DNA from: a virus
Lineage: Duplodnaviria; Caudoviricetes
Length of the DNA: 64,000 nt
Strand: one strand, 5' to 3'
IMG/VR virus record: IMGVR_UViG_3300025383_000009
A program made the position numbers and the translations under genes. Shown in pieces: positions 10,286 to 19,952 of the stretch. The notes under the pieces are model-generated. The model saw nothing but the letters and a program-made list of their open reading frames with translations. It ran no database searches and was not told the origin of the DNA. Every line of letters begins with the position of its first letter. The first letter of the stretch is position 1.

Positions 10286-10995
10286 AAACAGCGGTAATGA
10301 TTGTTGGAAATTATAGAACTTGGAACGAAACAAAGCCAAGTTTTCTAAAACAATTTGGAGATATTGATACATTTATTTGTTCATACGATTTACGATATGG
10401 ATATCATCCTAGAGGATGGGGTGTGACTGATACACAAGATGAACTTATTACCGAACAGACATGGATTGAAGGATTATCTGACGTAAATGTTAAATTGGCA
10501 AACATTGAACAATTTTCTCAAGTAGACGAAATAATTAAGAATGAACTGCGAGAAATTAAATTGAACATACCAGAAAATGCTTATCAGTCGTATGGTCAAT
10601 ATCGTAAGTTTAAAATTGCAACAGAAATGGTTCAACATTACGAGAACCAAAACAATTTTAAGTATGATATTTTAGTCCGCACTCGATTTGATTTGGTGTA
10701 TCAAGACGAACCTATTATATTAGATATTCAAGAAAATGAAATGGGTTATCATCACGGTACTAGCCCAGCTGATGCTTTACCTGGTGACCAATTCTTTTTC
10801 ACTTCAAGAGATAACATGATTAAGATGTCCGATTTTATGTTTAATGAGTTTTATAATCCTATCTACGAAGATAGTCATCTATGTCCTCCACATGGCATAT
10901 TACAAAACGCACTTAAACATAATAATATAACCAAATTGGTCCGTAATTCAATTAAACATCTATTAAGAAAGAATGGAACAGAACTAGTGCTATGA
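10282..10995 (+). CDS. Putative glycan-pathway protein (GT-like)
   Basis: VMIVGNYRT N-terminus and YDILVRTRFDL motif typical of glycan-locus proteins. Confidence 0.55.
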   Translation: MKTAVMIVGNYRTWNETKPSFLKQFGDIDTFICSYDLRYGYHPRGWGVTDTQDELITEQTWIEGLSDVNVKLANIEQFSQVDEIIKNELREIKLNIPENAYQSYGQYRKFKIATEMVQHYENQNNFKYDILVRTRFDLVYQDEPIILDIQENEMGYHHGTSPADALPGDQFFFTSRDNMIKMSDFMFNEFYNPIYEDSHLCPPHGILQNALKHNNITKLVRNSIKHLLRKNGTELVL

Positions 10996-11693
10996 CAAAT
11001 CTATACAACGACAATTCCGATATCCAAAAAAATCAAAATATGTATGACAGTTACAATAACTTTATGTTTAGTAATGATAGAGTTGTGTTTAATAAGTTAT
11101 ACAGTAAAATGTATTTCTATGAAATGACAAAACATCTACCTGGCGATATTGTTGAGTGTGGAGTTTTCAAAGGTTCAGGAATCTTGGCATGGTTAAAAAT
11201 ATTGGCCATGAACGAACCTAATAGTATCAAGAAAGTAATGGGTTATGATTTTTTTGATCCAAGTTTTGTTGATGATATGAAAACTGGTGTAGATAAAGAT
11301 ACAATGAAGCAAGTTTTTACAAGAGATAAAAATTTAATTGTAGATGATGTTTCGTATGAAGGAATTCAAAATAAAATTATTAATGCTGGTTTTGATTCAT
11401 CAAAGTTTGAGTTGATTAAAGGTGATATCATTGAAACCTCACAAAATACAGTAGAAGAAAAACCAGGTTTAAGAATCAGTATATTGTATTTGGATATGGA
11501 CCTAGATAAACCAACATATGCAGCACTCAAAACATTTTGGAATAATATTGTAACTGGCGGAGTAATTGTATTTGATGAATATGCTTATCATAGTTGGAGT
11601 GAATCGAATGGTGCAGATGATTTTATTAAAGAAATGGGTCTAACATTACATACAACCGGTATTAAAGCGCCAACCGCTTATATTATAAAATGA
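10992..11693 (+). CDS. TylF/MycF-family sugar O-methyltransferase
   Basis: GDIVECGVFKG, LYLDMDL and GGVIVFDEY. Confidence 0.85.
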   Translation: MTNLYNDNSDIQKNQNMYDSYNNFMFSNDRVVFNKLYSKMYFYEMTKHLPGDIVECGVFKGSGILAWLKILAMNEPNSIKKVMGYDFFDPSFVDDMKTGVDKDTMKQVFTRDKNLIVDDVSYEGIQNKIINAGFDSSKFELIKGDIIETSQNTVEEKPGLRISILYLDMDLDKPTYAALKTFWNNIVTGGVIVFDEYAYHSWSESNGADDFIKEMGLTLHTTGIKAPTAYIIK

Positions 11694-12160
11694 AATATAT
11701 TGCACATCGTGGTCTTTTTGATGGTCCAGATAAAGATAAAGAAAATAGTCCTACTCAAATCAATCAAGCTTTAATTAAAGGATTTGATGTTGAAGTTGAT
11801 GTTTGGTTTGTAGATAATCAATGGTATCTTGGCCATGATAGTCCAACATACAAAGTTGAATATAGTTTTTTAGAAGATTCTAGATTTTGGATTCACGCAA
11901 AAAATTTAGATGCTCTATATGTATTGGGTGCCGATTCAAAATTAAATTTCTTTTGGCATCAAGAAGATAACTTCACTTTAACTTCTAAAGGTTATATTTG
12001 GACTTATCCAGATAAACCATTAACCAAGAATAGTATTTGTGTTTTACCTGAATGGAACAATGATATCTCTAAAGGATATAATCCTGATTGTTATGGAATT
12101 TGTTCGGATTTTGTATCTATTATTACCAAAACTCAATTTTCCGATATCTATATATCATAG
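11690..12160 (+). CDS. GDPD/PI-PLC-like phosphodiesterase
   Basis: IAHRG...ENS...DVEVDVW...LGHD...GICSD. Confidence 0.8.
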   Translation: MKYIAHRGLFDGPDKDKENSPTQINQALIKGFDVEVDVWFVDNQWYLGHDSPTYKVEYSFLEDSRFWIHAKNLDALYVLGADSKLNFFWHQEDNFTLTSKGYIWTYPDKPLTKNSICVLPEWNNDISKGYNPDCYGICSDFVSIITKTQFSDIYIS

Positions 12161-12201
12161 CCAACAATTCTAGCGTTCCAAAAGCAAAAGCATCAAAGTT
12201 G

Positions 12202-12209
12202 TATAAATA
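12202..12209 (+). promoter_or_regulatory. T4 late promoter TATAAATA
   Basis: Exact consensus in an intergenic gap ahead of the internal-protein cluster; gp33 is encoded in the window. Confidence 0.7.
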
Positions 12210-12256
12210 GGTAATCGTTACAGGCAACCATAGTGTGTTGCAGTCAGAAAGATTTA

Positions 12257-13438
12257 ATGATAACATTCAAGACGTTTTTAAAAGAAGAATACGAGCCATC
12301 ACCAGAAGGCAAACTTAAGCACATTCATCATGCTGAAGACAGGCCTTTATTACATGGTGGCAAAGGTTTTACTCACGCCTTCAATGCATTAAATCAAGCG
12401 CACGAACACATAAAATCTGGCGGTCACAGTTCAGCATTAACAATGAAATATGATGGTTCGCCTGCTGTTGTTTTTGGTCATCATCCAGAAACAGGTAAAT
12501 TCTTTGTAGCATCCAAATCAGCATTCAATAAAAATCCAAAGTTGAATTATACCCATAAGGATATAGAAAAGAATCACGGCCATGCGCCTGGTCTTATGGA
12601 CAAACTCCATGACGCTTTAAATCATCTCAAAAAAGTATCACCTAAAACAGGCGTTTATCAAGGTGATATGATGTTTGGTTCAACTGATAAAAAAGAAACT
12701 AAAAACGGTGTTTCTTTCACTCCTAATACCATTACATATACAGGAAAAGGTGAAGAAGCAAATAAGATTAGAAAATCTAAAATGGGTGTTATTGTTCACA
12801 CACAATATCATGGTGACAATATTGCTTCAATGAAAGCAGACCCACATCCAGATTTACATAACTTCGCACAACATCCAGATGTATGGCACAAATCAGCCAA
12901 TCACGATACTAAACAAGTCCATTATTCAGAAAATGACCAAAAAGAATTTAATTCTCATATGGCCGCAGCAAAAGCAATACATGATGAACATAAATCAACA
13001 ATGTATAAAGCTACACAACCACATCAAGGAGATGCTGGGCATTTAGCAACATATATAAATCATACAGTCAGAACAGGTGAAACTCCATCTGCTGAAGGAC
13101 TTAAAAAGCATATAGCTAGTAAGTATAAAAAAGAGATTGATAAGTTAAAAACACCAGCAGCACAATCTCGTAAAGCAAGTGAAGCTAATAAGCATGCAGA
13201 CCATATAGATAACAATAAAGAACACTATAATAATTTGTTGAAAATGCATCATCATTTACAGCAAGCAAAAGATATATTAGTTAATAATTTAAACCAACAT
13301 GAGGGCGGTTTAGAACACCATATTGGTAAAAAGAGAACAAATCCAGAAGGGTTTGTTATCAATCATGCTGGTGAACCAACAAAATTAGTTAATAGAGCAG
13401 AATTTAGTAAAGCCAACCTTTTAAAAGTGAGAAAATGA
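12257..13438 (+). CDS. Ligase-like (KxDG nucleotidyltransferase) protein with capsid-targeting-like N-terminus
   Basis: MITFKTFLKEE start; KYDGSP, YQGDMM, EGFVI and TKLVNR resemble ligase motifs I/III/IV/V. Confidence 0.6.
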   Translation: MITFKTFLKEEYEPSPEGKLKHIHHAEDRPLLHGGKGFTHAFNALNQAHEHIKSGGHSSALTMKYDGSPAVVFGHHPETGKFFVASKSAFNKNPKLNYTHKDIEKNHGHAPGLMDKLHDALNHLKKVSPKTGVYQGDMMFGSTDKKETKNGVSFTPNTITYTGKGEEANKIRKSKMGVIVHTQYHGDNIASMKADPHPDLHNFAQHPDVWHKSANHDTKQVHYSENDQKEFNSHMAAAKAIHDEHKSTMYKATQPHQGDAGHLATYINHTVRTGETPSAEGLKKHIASKYKKEIDKLKTPAAQSRKASEANKHADHIDNNKEHYNNLLKMHHHLQQAKDILVNNLNQHEGGLEHHIGKKRTNPEGFVINHAGEPTKLVNRAEFSKANLLKVRK

Positions 13439-15351
13439 AGACCTTTTTAGAATTAGTAGAAGAAAAACAATCGACACATAAACCTGTGGTGGTAGGTTTT
13501 GGTCGTATGAATCCTCCTACATCAGGTCATCTAAAACTTATTGATAAGGTTAGAGAAATAGCAGATAAAAACAAAGCTAAACATAAAGTTATTGTTACTC
13601 ATACACAAGATTCAAAAAGAAATCCATTATCAGGCCAACAAAAACTTAAACATTTAAAAAGATATTCACCTGGTACTAATTTTGAAACATCTTCAAAAGA
13701 CCATCCAACTATATTACATCATGCTGCTAAATTGCATGCTCAAGGACACGACCATTTGATTATGGTTGCTGGTTCTGATAGAGTTAAAGAATATCAGGAC
13801 TTATTACACAAATACAATGGTAAAGAAGGACAACACGGTTACTTCAATTTCAAAAAGATAGAAGTTAAGTCAGCAGGCCATCGTGATCCAGATTCGGAAG
13901 GTGCAGAAGGTATGTCTGGTACAAAGATGAGAGAACACGCTAAGAACAATGATTTCTCATCATTTAGACAAGGTGTTCCATCTCATGTTCCTGACCATCA
14001 CGCTAGAGAATTAATGAAAGATGTTCGTAGAGGCATGGGTCTTAATGAACAATTCGATAGAGGTATGTTTAAAGCAATATTTGTGACTGGTGGTCCAGGT
14101 TCAGGTAAAGATATTGTTATTCGTGAAGCTATTGCTGAATCAAAGATTACTGAATTAAACTTTACACAAGTGGTAGATATTCTTAACGATAAACAAAAAC
14201 TTGCTATGAAATCAATGAATCCTAGAAATGAAGCAGTCAGAACAAGAGGTCCATTAATTATCAACGGTCCAGCTGATGATTTAGAAAAAATCAATCATAT
14301 CAAAGAAGAATTAGAAGAACTTGGTTACGAAACCATGATGATTTTTGTCAATACAACTAACGAAGTATCTAAAGAAAGAAATACTTTACTATCCAGAATG
14401 ATGGTTGAATCTATTAGACAGGATAAGTGGAGTAAATCTCAAGAAAATACTAAATATTTCATTGAGGCATTTAACAACTTTGTTGCCTTTGATAATACAG
14501 GTTATATTGATACAAAAGAAGAAGATATCAATGACATCTATCAATCAACAAAGATATTTTTAGATGCTAAGGCGATAAACGAAACAGTTGATGATTGGTA
14601 TTTGAGAAACATTAACTTGAATGAAAAAGTTAATGAATTATTCAATGAAAAAGATGCCAAAGGTATTCAACTTAAAACTGTAGGTAAATATAATGCTTTC
14701 TATAAAGCAAAAGGTCCTGCAGATATTAAAAGAGATAATCGCACAAGTAGATTTAGTGTTACAAGTGACAATACACTAAAAGGTGACCAAATTAAAGGTA
14801 ATGTATTACCTAGAAAAGACCCAAACGGTCAAGGTCATTCGGGTGGTTCTTGGTCTGGTGCTTATAATGAAGCAGCACCAACATTAACTTGGAATAAACC
14901 ACCAAAAGAACCAAACTTTAATTATGACAATGATAAGAACAAGAAGTTAAAAAGAGGTAATAGTTCATTAAGTGCTGGTCGAGTGACTCAACCACCAGGC
15001 TTAGGAAGAACATACGATACAAGAGCAGGTGGTCAAGGTGCCGCAGCAGGTGCCGGACTTGGCGACCAAACATATAGCGAAGATAGAGAATATAGTAACG
15101 CAAGTCAGAACGGTACAGCAATGCTAGGTGCTAAATTAGAACCTAATCCATTAGCAGAAAAGAAACCGTTTAATAAATTTAGAAAAAGCATTAAAGAGTT
15201 TAATGGCTTTCAAAATGATGTAGAATCTGGTGTTGGTGGTGTCTTGGGCGGTTCAGACAATAAAGAACGTATGGACAGTTATAAAGACCCTATTAGACAT
15301 ATACAAAATGACTATTCATTAAAGAAGAAGAAGAAAAATGCTAAAATTTAA
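13435..15351 (+). CDS. Cytidylyltransferase/NMNAT-like domain fused to P-loop kinase, plus low-complexity tail
   Basis: FGRMNPPTSGH (HxGH type), SGTKMRE, then GGPGSGKD Walker A; MKTFLELVEE start. Confidence 0.8.
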   Translation: MKTFLELVEEKQSTHKPVVVGFGRMNPPTSGHLKLIDKVREIADKNKAKHKVIVTHTQDSKRNPLSGQQKLKHLKRYSPGTNFETSSKDHPTILHHAAKLHAQGHDHLIMVAGSDRVKEYQDLLHKYNGKEGQHGYFNFKKIEVKSAGHRDPDSEGAEGMSGTKMREHAKNNDFSSFRQGVPSHVPDHHARELMKDVRRGMGLNEQFDRGMFKAIFVTGGPGSGKDIVIREAIAESKITELNFTQVVDILNDKQKLAMKSMNPRNEAVRTRGPLIINGPADDLEKINHIKEELEELGYETMMIFVNTTNEVSKERNTLLSRMMVESIRQDKWSKSQENTKYFIEAFNNFVAFDNTGYIDTKEEDINDIYQSTKIFLDAKAINETVDDWYLRNINLNEKVNELFNEKDAKGIQLKTVGKYNAFYKAKGPADIKRDNRTSRFSVTSDNTLKGDQIKGNVLPRKDPNGQGHSGGSWSGAYNEAAPTLTWNKPPKEPNFNYDNDKNKKLKRGNSSLSAGRVTQPPGLGRTYDTRAGGQGAAAGAGLGDQTYSEDREYSNASQNGTAMLGAKLEPNPLAEKKPFNKFRKSIKEFNGFQNDVESGVGGVLGGSDNKERMDSYKDPIRHIQNDYSLKKKKKNAKI

Positions 15352-16033
15352 ACAATATCTTGACGAAGTTAAGAAACCTACAGGTGCCTTAAAAAAGGCT
15401 TGTTGGAAAGGTTATACAGCAATTGGTACTAAACAAAAGAATGGTAGAACAGTACCAAACTGTGTACCTGAAGAAGTAGAACAAGTAAATGAAATAGACA
15501 AAGAAACAGTTAAGAGATATTTGGATAAAGTTACAACAGACCAATTAAAAAAGACTGGCTATCAACCTGATATGTATGGTAAATTAGTACCAAAAAGACA
15601 AAAAGGTGTTGATAACGCATTTAAGAGATTACAAGTTAAGCCTACAACAGAAGAACTTGAAGAATTGTTTGATATTTTAGAAGAAGTAGTTGATGGCATC
15701 GCAGAAGAAAGTAATATTGATCCAGATATTCTTTGGGAAAATCTTGAAGATGTTTCAGATGAAGAACTATACGAAACTGCCGCTTGGCGCAGAAAAGAAG
15801 GTAAAAGTCCTACAGGTGGTTTAAATGCAAAAGGAATTGCTTCTTATCGTAGAGAGAATCCAGGATCTAAATTAAAAAAGGCCGTTACAGGCAAAGTAAA
15901 ACCAGGAAGTAAAGCCGCTAAACGCAGAAAATCATTCTGTGCTAGAATGGGTGGAATGCCTGGACCAATGAAAAAACCAGATGGTAAACCAACAAGAAAA
16001 GCACTCGCATTACGCAAGTGGAAATGCAGATAA
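15338..16033 (+). CDS. Modular probable head-internal protein
   Basis: MLKFKQYLDE start; CWKGY..VPNCVP module and a basic C-terminal module separated by acidic linkers. Confidence 0.6.
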   Translation: MLKFKQYLDEVKKPTGALKKACWKGYTAIGTKQKNGRTVPNCVPEEVEQVNEIDKETVKRYLDKVTTDQLKKTGYQPDMYGKLVPKRQKGVDNAFKRLQVKPTTEELEELFDILEEVVDGIAEESNIDPDILWENLEDVSDEELYETAAWRRKEGKSPTGGLNAKGIASYRRENPGSKLKKAVTGKVKPGSKAAKRRKSFCARMGGMPGPMKKPDGKPTRKALALRKWKCR

Positions 16034-16046
16034 AGGAGAAATAAAA

Positions 16047-18068
16047 ATGTTTCAAAAAGATAAAGTAACCCAATCAATGATTGATGCCGTTAACCAAGTA
16101 TTAGGAGAGGCTAAAGTTGAACCAGCTAAACCTGATCCAGAGGCTATTGCTCGTAAAAAGAAACTAGACGCATTACGAGATAAACAAGATGCTGAAAAGG
16201 CAGAAAAAGGACATTCTCCATCTGCTACCCGTAAGGTTGCTGGTCATGCTTACGGTGGTGCTAAACAAAAAGATGATGAAATGGATGAAGAAGTTAAATT
16301 AGATGAAGCTGAAATGGATGAATCTGGCTTACGCATGGCTGCACATGCTGCTCACAAAGCAGGCCAATCACATTTTGAATTCAAAGGCAAAAAATATCCA
16401 GTTAAGGTTACAGAAGATGGTAAAGTTGATTGTGACTATGCTAAAGTTAAAGATATTGCTAGAAAAGAAGTTAAGGGTCATGAAAAATCAATGCATAAAG
16501 AAGAATTATCTTTTGCTAAGAAATTAAAATCAATGTTAGAAGCAAAAGGTCCTTTAGCAGGTGCTCCTGACGTATTCACCGATAACAATCTTGGTGAAGA
16601 AGAAATGTCTGATGCTCAAATGAAGAAAAGAGAAAAAATTGTAATGAGCATGAAAGATAAAACTGCTCAGTTTAAAGCAAAGTATGGTAAAAATTGGAAA
16701 AATGTAATGTATGCTACTGCTACTAAGCAAGCGATGAAAGAAGATGCAGACATTACTAAACCTAATACAGAAAATAAAGGTGAAACAAAAGAAAGACAAA
16801 AGATTACTACTAATCCAGGTCCTGTAGATATCAAAACAGATGACAAATTAGGTAAACCTACTCCACAAGCTTATTTCACATCTAAAGAATTAGAGCAAGT
16901 AACACAAGAAGAAGTTATGGGTGAATTAAAACATTTACGCCATAAAGAAAAAGGAGAGCATAAAAAGAGAGTGTCTGATTTTAAAAAACATCACGACAAA
17001 CATCAAGTAGATGATGGATGTGACCATTATCAAGAAGATATTGAATTTGATTTAATCGATGAAGGTAAAGATGATGGTGATTATACTCATGTTGCTCACT
17101 ACGAAGACAATGATGGTAACTGGATGGCTAAATTATTAATCGATGCTGAACATGACGGTCATGCTATTGAAACAGCAAACAAAGCTATGGGTAAAGGTCC
17201 ATTTGCTGGTTTAAGAGTTCGTAAGATTGAACGAGTAATGAAAGTTCATGACGGTAGAATGCAAGAAGAAGTAGAACAACTTGATGAGTTGGATCCAAAA
17301 ACTTTAGCATCATATGCTAAGAAAGCCTCTCATGATGCTCGTATTAAACAAACAGTAGCTAGAGATTTTCTTGCTAAATCTAATACAGCTAGAAGTCCAA
17401 GAAAAAAAGAAACATGGTCTAGTCTTTCTAAAAAGTACCAAAGTGGTGCATGGAAAAGAGAAAAAGGCCATGATTTAGCTATTGATAAGTTAGCTAAAGA
17501 AGATGTAGAATATATTGATGAAGGCAAGATGAAAGATATCTACACTTCAATGATGATGCATGCTGATAAAAAAGGTTATAAGAGCCATAAAGAATTTACA
17601 CCAGCTGATTATACTGCTGTAGGTAAAGAACATGGTATTTCAGGTAAAGATTTAGCAGTAATTGCTGGTCATAAAACAGCATCACAAGTTGCTAAAGAAG
17701 AAACTGAAGTTGAAATCAATGAAGGCAAAATGAAAGATATCTACACTTCAATGATGAACCATGCTGATAAAAAAGGATACAAAAGTCATAAAGAATTTAC
17801 TTCAGCAGACTACAATGCAGTAGGCAAAGAACATGGCATTTCAGGTAAAGATTTAGCAGTTATTGCTGGTCATAAAACAGCATCACAAGTTGCTAAAGAA
17901 GAAGCAGAAGGTTCATGGCAAAAAGAATCACCATGGAAAAAATCACCTGGTACTGTAACAGATAAGTCTGGTGCTAAACATACACCAATGTCTAGAGTTA
18001 AAGATATTGCTAAACAAGCACTAAAAAAAGTAAAACAAGAAACAATGATGGGTAAAATTTCTAACTAA
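16047..18068 (+). CDS. Large modular probable head-internal polyprotein
   Basis: AAGGAG RBS before ATG 16047; basic modules separated by Glu-rich linkers; one module duplicated. Confidence 0.65.
   Translation: MFQKDKVTQSMIDAVNQVLGEAKVEPAKPDPEAIARKKKLDALRDKQDAEKAEKGHSPSATRKVAGHAYGGAKQKDDEMDEEVKLDEAEMDESGLRMAAHAAHKAGQSHFEFKGKKYPVKVTEDGKVDCDYAKVKDIARKEVKGHEKSMHKEELSFAKKLKSMLEAKGPLAGAPDVFTDNNLGEEEMSDAQMKKREKIVMSMKDKTAQFKAKYGKNWKNVMYATATKQAMKEDADITKPNTENKGETKERQKITTNPGPVDIKTDDKLGKPTPQAYFTSKELEQVTQEEVMGELKHLRHKEKGEHKKRVSDFKKHHDKHQVDDGCDHYQEDIEFDLIDEGKDDGDYTHVAHYEDNDGNWMAKLLIDAEHDGHAIETANKAMGKGPFAGLRVRKIERVMKVHDGRMQEEVEQLDELDPKTLASYAKKASHDARIKQTVARDFLAKSNTARSPRKKETWSSLSKKYQSGAWKREKGHDLAIDKLAKEDVEYIDEGKMKDIYTSMMMHADKKGYKSHKEFTPADYTAVGKEHGISGKDLAVIAGHKTASQVAKEETEVEINEGKMKDIYTSMMNHADKKGYKSHKEFTSADYNAVGKEHGISGKDLAVIAGHKTASQVAKEEAEGSWQKESPWKKSPGTVTDKSGAKHTPMSRVKDIAKQALKKVKQETMMGKISN
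17520..17903 (+). repeat. Two in-frame copies (~183 nt, period 201 nt) of the EGKMKDIYTSMM...SQVAKEE module
   Basis: 17520-17702 and 17721-17903; mostly synonymous differences. Confidence 0.95.
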
Positions 18069-18078
18069 AGAGAACAAC

Positions 18079-19278
18079 ATGGCTAAAACACTAAAAGATG
18101 TAATTAAAAAGAATATTGCACCAGCAAGCAGATTTGGAAAAAATCCATCTGATCCTTGGTCAGTAAAATCTAATATCAATGAAACAGCTATGCTAGATAA
18201 ATTCTTATCATCTAGAGGAATTAATCCTAAATTTGCTGCCGTTGATACAAAAGATGCTTATGCTAAATCTAATGAATTTAAGAAATGGTTAAGAGACCAT
18301 CAATCAGGCACTCAAATGGAAGATATGACAACTAGCCGATATGCTGGTGATGCTCGTTCTAAAGATGTTCATTCACCTACAGCACAAAGAGAAAAAGATT
18401 TAGAAAAGGTTAGTAAACATCACGAAATTAAACCTGTTCATACAAATTCATCAAAGGTTGTTACTATGAAAAAACCAACAAGTGAAGCAGCTCATCCTGA
18501 TGAAAAGACCACAGATATGCTTCGTGGTCGTGTCAAAGGTGGTAAACCAAACGAGTTTAAGAGTTATAAGATTAGAATTTCTAAAGAAGAAGTTGAATAC
18601 ACTACAGAAATAGCAGCTTCAGTAATGGCTTCAAAATTAAATAAAGACGCAGATGAAAATCGCACTAGCATTGATGCTGAAGAATTGACTACAGACACTT
18701 TAGCTGGTAGAGTTAAAGGCGGTAAAGCTAATGCTGTATTATCATATAAAATTAGATTATCTCATGCTAAAGGTGAAGATGCTGATACTTTAGATGTAAC
18801 AAAAGAACCAGAAGATTCTAGTTTTCCACACAGAGAACAGTTTGAAATACAAGAAGACTTAATAGGTGATACAAAATCAGCAACAATTTCACCAGCAGAT
18901 GGAGCAAACGGTGGCGCAGAATCTGTTACAAAAAAATTATCTAGAAAAGCTCAATTAATTTTAGGTGTAGTTAAAAAAAGAGCTATGAAAGAAGATATGC
19001 ATGATTGGGAAAAAGAAGATAAATCTGTAGCATCTTATGGTAAAAAACCTAAATTTGAAAAGCAAGAAGATAAGAATGCAGAAAATAATAATGGTGAAAA
19101 GAAATCTGAAGCTGCAGGCACATTATCTGGCGGTACTACACTAACAGGTGAGAAAAGAGATACAGTAGAACTTGATCCATTGATGAGAAGTCGTCCTAAT
19201 CAACCAGATCCAACAAAGAAGAAAGACGACAAAAAAGATGACAAGAAAGACAAGCCTAAAGAAGCACCAAGAGGCTAG
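18079..19278 (+). CDS. Probable virion/internal protein, modular
   Basis: Internal repeat TTDMLRGRVKGGKPN / TTDTLAGRVKGGKAN; charged composition; in late cluster. Confidence 0.55.
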   Translation: MAKTLKDVIKKNIAPASRFGKNPSDPWSVKSNINETAMLDKFLSSRGINPKFAAVDTKDAYAKSNEFKKWLRDHQSGTQMEDMTTSRYAGDARSKDVHSPTAQREKDLEKVSKHHEIKPVHTNSSKVVTMKKPTSEAAHPDEKTTDMLRGRVKGGKPNEFKSYKIRISKEEVEYTTEIAASVMASKLNKDADENRTSIDAEELTTDTLAGRVKGGKANAVLSYKIRLSHAKGEDADTLDVTKEPEDSSFPHREQFEIQEDLIGDTKSATISPADGANGGAESVTKKLSRKAQLILGVVKKRAMKEDMHDWEKEDKSVASYGKKPKFEKQEDKNAENNNGEKKSEAAGTLSGGTTLTGEKRDTVELDPLMRSRPNQPDPTKKKDDKKDDKKDKPKEAPRG

Positions 19279-19282
19279 ATTA

Positions 19283-19290
19283 GATAAATA
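19283..19290 (+). promoter_or_regulatory. Late-promoter-like box GATAAATA
   Basis: Intergenic, upstream of AAGGAG RBS and ORF 19329. Confidence 0.5.
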
Positions 19291-19328
19291 CTTAACATAA
19301 CTAACCCGAGGTTAAAAGGAGAAAAGAA

Positions 19329-19952
19329 ATGCCAACATGGGGAAATACCGATACTGGTAATCAAAAACCAAAGTTTGACTATTTACGTCAAACAAGAGAA
19401 GTTTTACAATTTATAGTTTCATCTGGTAATACAGCAGGAAATAACGTAATTAGAGTTAGTTACAACGATGGCGCACAAAACAATGTAGCCAATGCTGGTG
19501 TAACTTCAGGTCAATATGTTTATTTCATGGCAAACGGATTTGCACTACCTGGCGGCACAGCAGGTAATGGTTATCCAGGTTTCTTTGCATCAAATACAAC
19601 AGTAGCATCAGTTAGTGGTAACACAATTACATTAACACAAAACTTATTCAATACAGTAAACGTAGGTTTTGGTGTTGAATTTGACAATGCTATCAATTAT
19701 GGAACAACAGCAGGTGCAAATACTTATTTCCTAGATACTATTTTAGTTACAGCATCTCGCACAGCAAATGGTAATAACGCAATTGCAAACGTAGGTAATA
19801 TGACTGCTGGTTGGGTTCATATTCAAAAGAAAGTGAACAGCGACGGTACAGTTCGTTACTTAAAAGAAACATTAGTTGCTTTAGCGAATGCTACTGCTTC
19901 AAATACAAGTTCAGGTAACACAAGCTTTGGTTCTATTGTAACTGGTTTATAA
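19329..19952 (+). CDS. Probable virion structural protein
   Basis: MPTWGNTD..KPK start; G/N/T-rich beta-type composition; GWVH motif. Confidence 0.6.
   Translation: MPTWGNTDTGNQKPKFDYLRQTREVLQFIVSSGNTAGNNVIRVSYNDGAQNNVANAGVTSGQYVYFMANGFALPGGTAGNGYPGFFASNTTVASVSGNTITLTQNLFNTVNVGFGVEFDNAINYGTTAGANTYFLDTILVTASRTANGNNAIANVGNMTAGWVHIQKKVNSDGTVRYLKETLVALANATASNTSSGNTSFGSIVTGL

Noticed and set aside
17520-17903. DGR template/variable repeat pair
   Set aside because: Differences are not adenine-specific, both copies are in frame in one gene, and no reverse transcriptase is present
19216-19258. AAGAAAGAC-like repeats
   Set aside because: Explained by low-complexity KKDD coding sequence
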